From assembly GCA_001563335.1 (NCBI GenBank), contig LRSL01000109.1:60546-124545 (forward strand): a stretch of DNA of 64,000 bases, read 5' to 3'. This document shows positions 59,764-64,000 of this stretch, one piece after another. This DNA comes from Candidatus Thorarchaeota archaeon SMTZ1-45. Its GTDB lineage: Archaea; Asgardarchaeota; Thorarchaeia; Thorarchaeales; Thorarchaeaceae. Under the pieces are notes generated by a model. It was not told where the DNA came from and did no database searches. It saw nothing but the letters and a program-made list of their open reading frames with translations. Every line of letters starts with the position of its first letter. Within the stretch, counting starts at the first letter, position 1. The position numbers and the translations under genes were made by a program.

Positions 59764-60801
59764 TCAAACATTATTTTTTTCAGAGTCTTGCGGTTTCGCA
59801 TCGATGAGTATAGGAGTTCTTCTAATTATTTCAGACTCGGTCAGCAAACCGGCTTCAATCAGTATTTCTTCCAGTTTTCGACGGAGAGAGCTTATATTAG
59901 CAATAACTCGGGGATAAGATACAAAATCCTCAATTGACCTGATGAAAGGCGCTTCTTTAAGGTCTTGAATAATAGGCATCCCTTTGCCGGGGTTATCAAT
60001 GAGCAGACCTACATCTACGATTGGCTCATTGGTTGCTATACTTGCCCACCAGAATTTTTCAGGATATTTCTCATACAGCCCCATTATGATGTCCTGACCA
60101 GTCGTCTGAGCCTCATCGTAGCAGATTTTCAGTCTATACTCCATGTCGCCCAATGCGAATACATCGACGCCAACACTGAAGTGGATGCCACCGCCTTCTT
60201 CTAACTCGCGTAGGATTTTCCGAACTCGTCTCGGGGTGAATCCTGTTTCTTTAGCAATTTGGGAGACTGGCAATCGAGCATCTTGGTACAAACTCCTCAG
60301 TACTCGTAGCTGATGCTGAGTGAAAGTCACCTTCTTTCCTCTCGTATTCGTAATAGAGTTAGAAGGCATGTTGGGACAAAGAAAAACAACAGGCCTCATT
60401 TCTACATCAGTCACGCCATCAAGCTCTTCAAGATACATCTTAAGACCCAATGTTTCAGAAGCACCTGACACCCTGGCATAATACTCATAACGTCTGTCAC
60501 TGGTGCGATAGATCTCATTTATCATAGGCCACCTAGCAACAATTTGCTTCATGAATTCCATCACTTTCTCAGTCCCGTCTGTTGAGATCACACCAGTTAT
60601 ATGCTCTGCACCCAGTATTTCCATACTCACCAAAACTCCAAAGCCTAGAATCACTTTCTTTTCGAGAAGTTTCTTGAATCGATTCTTGACTGTATTTGGT
60701 GAAATATTGAGTTTTCGCGCTAACTCTTGGTAACTCATCCTCCCATTGCCGTGTAGTTCACATATCAAGGCCCAATCTAATGAATCTAATCTACTCACCA
60801 C
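59764..60801 (-). CDS. Tandem Lrp/AsnC family transcriptional regulator
   Basis: LD.LD..LI.EL..N.RMSY.ELA; second HTH L..DARL.VSQIA.ETG. Confidence 0.85.
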   Translation of the reverse strand: MVSRLDSLDWALICELHGNGRMSYQELARKLNISPNTVKNRFKKLLEKKVILGFGVLVSMEILGAEHITGVISTDGTEKVMEFMKQIVARWPMINEIYRTSDRRYEYYARVSGASETLGLKMYLEELDGVTDVEMRPVVFLCPNMPSNSITNTRGKKVTFTQHQLRVLRSLYQDARLPVSQIAKETGFTPRRVRKILRELEEGGGIHFSVGVDVFALGDMEYRLKICYDEAQTTGQDIIMGLYEKYPEKFWWASIATNEPIVDVGLLIDNPGKGMPIIQDLKEAPFIRSIEDFVSYPRVIANISSLRRKLEEILIEAGLLTESEIIRRTPILIDAKPQDSEKNNV

Positions 60802-60915
60802 GCTTATGCTTACTTGGGAAACGATTCTTGGTTGTCAAACTAGTTCGATTATCCTGTGGGCTACCACGTTCCCTAAAGCTATTGCAATTGTATGGAACAA
60901 CATGTTAATAAAACT
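60802..60915 (-). promoter_or_regulatory. Conserved promoter/leader, copy 1, with a 10-codon uORF (60835-60867)
   Basis: Gapless manual alignment to 61969-62082 at 90/114 identity; TTTTATTAA TATA-like box. Confidence 0.6.
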
Positions 60916-61011
60916 GGTTCTCAAAGTTACAATTTTCAGAGAAGGGCAATGTAGGATGAAATACTTTTCAGTAGGATTGTTGCTTTCATTGCTCATTCCG
61001 AGAGTTGAAGA

Positions 61012-61968
61012 TTAAAGCCCAGCTTCCTTTAGTAGTTCCAACAAATGAGTATTGAGCCGGTTTATACCATGAACAACCCTAGGATAGGACACAAAATCCT
61101 CTACGGACTCAGTGTATGCAGCTGCTTTAATCTCAGCAGCGATTGGCGGACCTTTACCCGGACTATCAATGATTAGACCCACATCAACAATTGGATTATT
61201 GGTTGTAATGGTAGACCACCAAAATAGTTCAGGATGTTTCTCATGCAAATCCATAACAACATCCTGTCCGGTTGTTTTCGCCTTGTCGTAACTGATCCTC
61301 AATCTATATTCCATGTTTCCCAAGGCAAATGGATCGTAGAGAACATAGGTATGTATGCCACCACCCTCCTGTAAATCCAGGATGATTCTTCGCACCCGCC
61401 TAGGAGTAAACCCTGTTTGACGGGCAATCTGAGAGATGGAGAGCCGGGAATCGATGGTCAAGCTTCTTAGCACATGCAGCTGGTCACGTGAAAAGGTGAC
61501 CCTCTTTCCCCTCGTATTTCCAACCCAGGTGGGTGGTTTGTTTGGATAGAATGTAACAACAGGTTGTATCTCCACATTGGTTACACCATCAAGCTCTGAT
61601 AGAAAGCCTTCGAGTCCCAATGTTTCACTTGCCCCCTTCACCATAGCCCAATATTCGTAACGTCTATCAGCATTACGACAGATATCACAGACCATGGGTT
61701 GGCTGGCTATTTGCTTCATCAGCTCTATCACATTCTCAGACCCATCGGTAGTTACGAAACCAGACACCATTTCAACGCCAAGGGTTTCAAAGCTGACACA
61801 AATGCCGAACTTCTTAATTACTCCTTGCTCACGAAGTCTGTTGATTCGGTTCTTGACAGTATTATCTGAAATATTGAATTTCTGTGCGAGTTCTTTGTAT
61901 GGCATCCTGGCATTGCCGCATAGTTCACATATCAGAGCCCAGTCCAGTGGATCCAATCTACTCACCAT
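61012..61968 (-). CDS. Tandem Lrp/AsnC family transcriptional regulator (paralog of 59764-60801)
   Basis: Collinear with the neighbour: MVSRLD.LDWALICEL, NTRGK.VTF, EDFVSYPRV. Confidence 0.85.
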   Translation of the reverse strand: MVSRLDPLDWALICELCGNARMPYKELAQKFNISDNTVKNRINRLREQGVIKKFGICVSFETLGVEMVSGFVTTDGSENVIELMKQIASQPMVCDICRNADRRYEYWAMVKGASETLGLEGFLSELDGVTNVEIQPVVTFYPNKPPTWVGNTRGKRVTFSRDQLHVLRSLTIDSRLSISQIARQTGFTPRRVRRIILDLQEGGGIHTYVLYDPFALGNMEYRLRISYDKAKTTGQDVVMDLHEKHPELFWWSTITTNNPIVDVGLIIDSPGKGPPIAAEIKAAAYTESVEDFVSYPRVVHGINRLNTHLLELLKEAGL

Positions 61969-62082
61969 ACTTTTACTGAGTTGAGAAACGATTCTTGGTT
62001 GTTAGATTGGTTTGGAAATCCTGTAGGCTACCACGTTCCCAACAGCTACTGCAATTATATCCAACAGTTTGTTAATAAAACT
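61969..62082 (-). promoter_or_regulatory. Conserved promoter/leader, copy 2, with a 10-codon uORF (62002-62034)
   Basis: Homologous to 60802-60915. Confidence 0.6.
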
Positions 62083-62304
62083 CGCCTATCAGTGAATATT
62101 TTGTAGGATGTGTTGCAAAATGATGCCAATGAACCATGTTTTCTGCAATTTTTGACGTTAACTATTTCCCACGCATTCATATTCCAGGAGAAATTAACAC
62201 ACAGTACATTGGTGTTGGTAACATAACAGACCTCTAGGTCAGTAGTCAAGACTATCGATGTCATATTTCCTGAGATGATTTCGCCAAATGATTGCATTAT
62301 TACA

Positions 62305-62422
62305 TTGATGCCCGCCCCTGTAGGGCAGAATGTACTTGGCTTTCTTTGGACGAGCGATTCGACATGAGAGTGGTGATGTGAGGCTGCCTCGACTTCCTCG
62401 AGTTCAAGGCAGTACTACTCAC
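62305..62422 (+). other. Hairpin-rich non-coding element (possible IS200/IS605-derived miniature element or structured RNA)
   Basis: TTGAT followed by a GCCC...GGGC hairpin; second hairpin CTGCCT...AGGCAG nested in GTGAG...CTCAC; ends in TCAC. Confidence 0.3.
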
Positions 62423-62508
62423 AATACCCTTAGGAGGAGAGAGTGGTGTACGGATTGGTGGCAGTCTTTCATATTTCTTTCATTGTAGTTTTTATAATCT
62501 CTATTGGA

Positions 62509-64000
62509 ATGGGTGCAAAAAAGAAGCGTAAGTGCAAATGGTCAACATCCTTGCGAATTCTGGTTTGTGTTTGTTTTTTGATTCTTCATAGCTTTGCAAT
62601 GCCAGAAACAACAAGAGATGCTACAATAATCGAGTCTACTGAAGCAGATTTCGTACAATCATCACTCATGGGAACTCACATCGTAGAAGTACACTACTAT
62701 CAAGCTTACATCTATGATGATCATGATCCCAATGTCTACTTTGAAGGAGAATGGAAGTTCGGGCTCTGTGTTGAGGACACATGGGATTACACAATCCAAA
62801 TAGAAACAATTAGTTCTTCGACCTATTTTGAATTCGAAGTATATGCAGGCGAGTGGGATCAGGACATTCAGACAATGGAATGGTCTGAAGATTATTTCTC
62901 AATGTGGACATTTCATACTCAAAGCAACTTAGAGATGAATACATGGCATACTGATGTTGAAACTGTGGGAGATGTAATCCATTATGTCAAATACTACATC
63001 ACTAATTTACACCCAGTTGCAAGCAGCATAGAAGGAGGTACAACACTTCAGTGGCAAGGCATAACTATGCAGGGAGCAGGATATGATCCAGATGGAGATG
63101 GGGCAACCTTTCAGTGGGATAGCGATTATGATGGCGTTTCCTTTGATGCTGAGTACTACTCTTCTAGTTCCACAATATCTTATGATGCTCCTGGGACTTA
63201 CACAGTTGGTTTCAGATTGGTCGACGACTTCGGGGAAGCAAGCTATGTCCAGACTGCTACCGTTACAGTTCTTGCAGACAATGATGGCGATGGAATCATC
63301 GATTCGGAAGACGATGATGATGACAATGATGGACTTTTGGATGTTGACGAAATCAGCATCCACGGAACGAATCCCTTGAACCCTGACACAGATTTCGATG
63401 ACTTGACTGATTTTGAAGAAGTTGATGAGTTTGGCCCTGGGACAGATCCCTTGAATCCAGATTCTGATTTTGATGGTCTTGAGGATGGAGAGGAAATAAA
63501 CCTTCAAACAGATCCAAAGAATCCTGATACTGATGGCGATGGCGCATCGGATGGAGATGAGGTCAATGTATACAACACCGATCCTAGAGACCCAAATTCG
63601 GCTCCACCGTCCGTAACAGTATGCATCAATGACGGTGATACTCATACTGGTTCTACAAGGGTTCACCTAACAATTGAGGCTATTGATAGTGACGGCATCA
63701 GTGGAATCCGATTCCGCAATGGGGGTGGAGGCTGGTCTGAGTGGGTCAGTTACACTCAGAGGATGATTTGGACACTACCTAGTGGAAATGGTCTCAAGGT
63801 GGTTTATGTTCAGGCAATGGATGGAGCTGGAGATATTGGAGAAGGTTCGGATGATATCATCTTGGAAATAACAATGGGAGAACACCTTGTGGAAGTATTA
63901 TACTACCAAGCTTACATCTATGATGATCATGATCCCAATGTCTACTTTGAAGGAGAATGGAAGTTCGGGCTCTGTGTTGAGGACACATGGGATTACACAA
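62509..64000 (+). CDS. Large secreted surface protein (PKD-like domain, TSP3-like Ca-binding DxDxDG repeats, repeated N-terminal module), runs off the window edge
   Basis: Not in the ORF track. Open from ATG at 62509 (alternative GTG at 62443 after AGGAGG) to the end: KKKRK signal peptide, YDPDGD...FQWD...Y..PGTYTV, DNDGDGIID, TDPLNPDSDFDGL.DG.E. Confidence 0.88.
   Translation, partial: MGAKKKRKCKWSTSLRILVCVCFLILHSFAMPETTRDATIIESTEADFVQSSLMGTHIVEVHYYQAYIYDDHDPNVYFEGEWKFGLCVEDTWDYTIQIETISSSTYFEFEVYAGEWDQDIQTMEWSEDYFSMWTFHTQSNLEMNTWHTDVETVGDVIHYVKYYITNLHPVASSIEGGTTLQWQGITMQGAGYDPDGDGATFQWDSDYDGVSFDAEYYSSSSTISYDAPGTYTVGFRLVDDFGEASYVQTATVTVLADNDGDGIIDSEDDDDDNDGLLDVDEISIHGTNPLNPDTDFDDLTDFEEVDEFGPGTDPLNPDSDFDGLEDGEEINLQTDPKNPDTDGDGASDGDEVNVYNTDPRDPNSAPPSVTVCINDGDTHTGSTRVHLTIEAIDSDGISGIRFRNGGGGWSEWVSYTQRMIWTLPSGNGLKVVYVQAMDGAGDIGEGSDDIILEITMGEHLVEVLYYQAYIYDDHDPNVYFEGEWKFGLCVEDTWDYT
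62701..62794 (+). repeat. Exact 94-bp direct repeat, copy 1 (copy 2 at 63907-64000)
   Basis: CAAGCTTACATCTATGATGATCATGATCCC...ATGGGATTACACAA identical in both copies. Confidence 0.92.
63907..64000 (+). repeat. Exact 94-bp direct repeat, copy 2 (truncated by window end)
   Basis: Identical to 62701-62794. Confidence 0.92.

Noticed and set aside
62085-62440. RNase P or SRP RNA (GAGGAAGTC on the - strand)
   Set aside because: The other conserved RNase P/SRP motifs and closing helices could not be found.
63007-63666. 219-aa minus-strand ORF and short ORFs at 63083-63547
   Set aside because: Antisense or off-frame shadows of the Asp-rich surface protein read from 62509.
62701-64000. Diversity-generating retroelement TR/VR pair
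   Set aside because: The repeats are identical with no adenine-specific mismatches, both lie inside one ORF, and no reverse transcriptase is in the window.
1-64000. CRISPR arrays, tRNA/rRNA genes, transposases, integrases
   Set aside because: No regularly spaced repeats, cloverleaf or rRNA signatures, or recombinase motifs were seen by eye. Intergenic gaps are short.

Overview
Gene-dense archaeal DNA. Gene content and style suggest an Asgard archaeon, probably Thorarchaeia-like; this is inference only. 1-7.2 kb: the conserved archaeal exosome/proteasome superoperon on the - strand (psmA, SBDS, rrp4, rrp41, rrp42, rpl37ae, Brix, Pcc1, prefoldin beta, DUF3194, DHH phosphoesterase), with unusual acidic C-terminal tails. 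7.9-11.2 kb: a NikR-like regulator with a ZnuABC-type metal transporter. 11.6-17.5 kb: a catabolic operon (2-hydroxyacid dehydrogenase, FGGY kinase, class II aldolase, aldehyde:ferredoxin oxidoreductase, AEC transporter). 17.7-22.2 kb: an ABC exporter, SCP2 and membrane proteins. 22.5-46.8 kb: a large redox region with three different giant HdrA-family proteins (tandem HdrA, tandem HdrA-MvhD fusion, HdrL-like with a GltD/NfnB-type insert), three HdrCB pairs, DUF2096, a radical SAM enzyme and a split 2-oxoacid:ferredoxin oxidoreductase gene set. 46.9-54.4 kb: a 2-hydroxyacyl-CoA dehydratase-type system divergent from two acyl-CoA ligases. 54.6-62 kb: gamma-carbonic anhydrase family protein, ahcY and three tandem-domain Lrp/AsnC regulators. 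Two of these regulators share a conserved leader with a short in-frame uORF whose stop sits in a CAR-YYA readthrough-like context. 62.3-64 kb: a hairpin-rich element and a partial secreted PKD/Ca-repeat surface protein with an exact 94-bp internal repeat. No rRNA, tRNA, CRISPR array or transposase was seen. All family calls are from motif recognition, not database searches.
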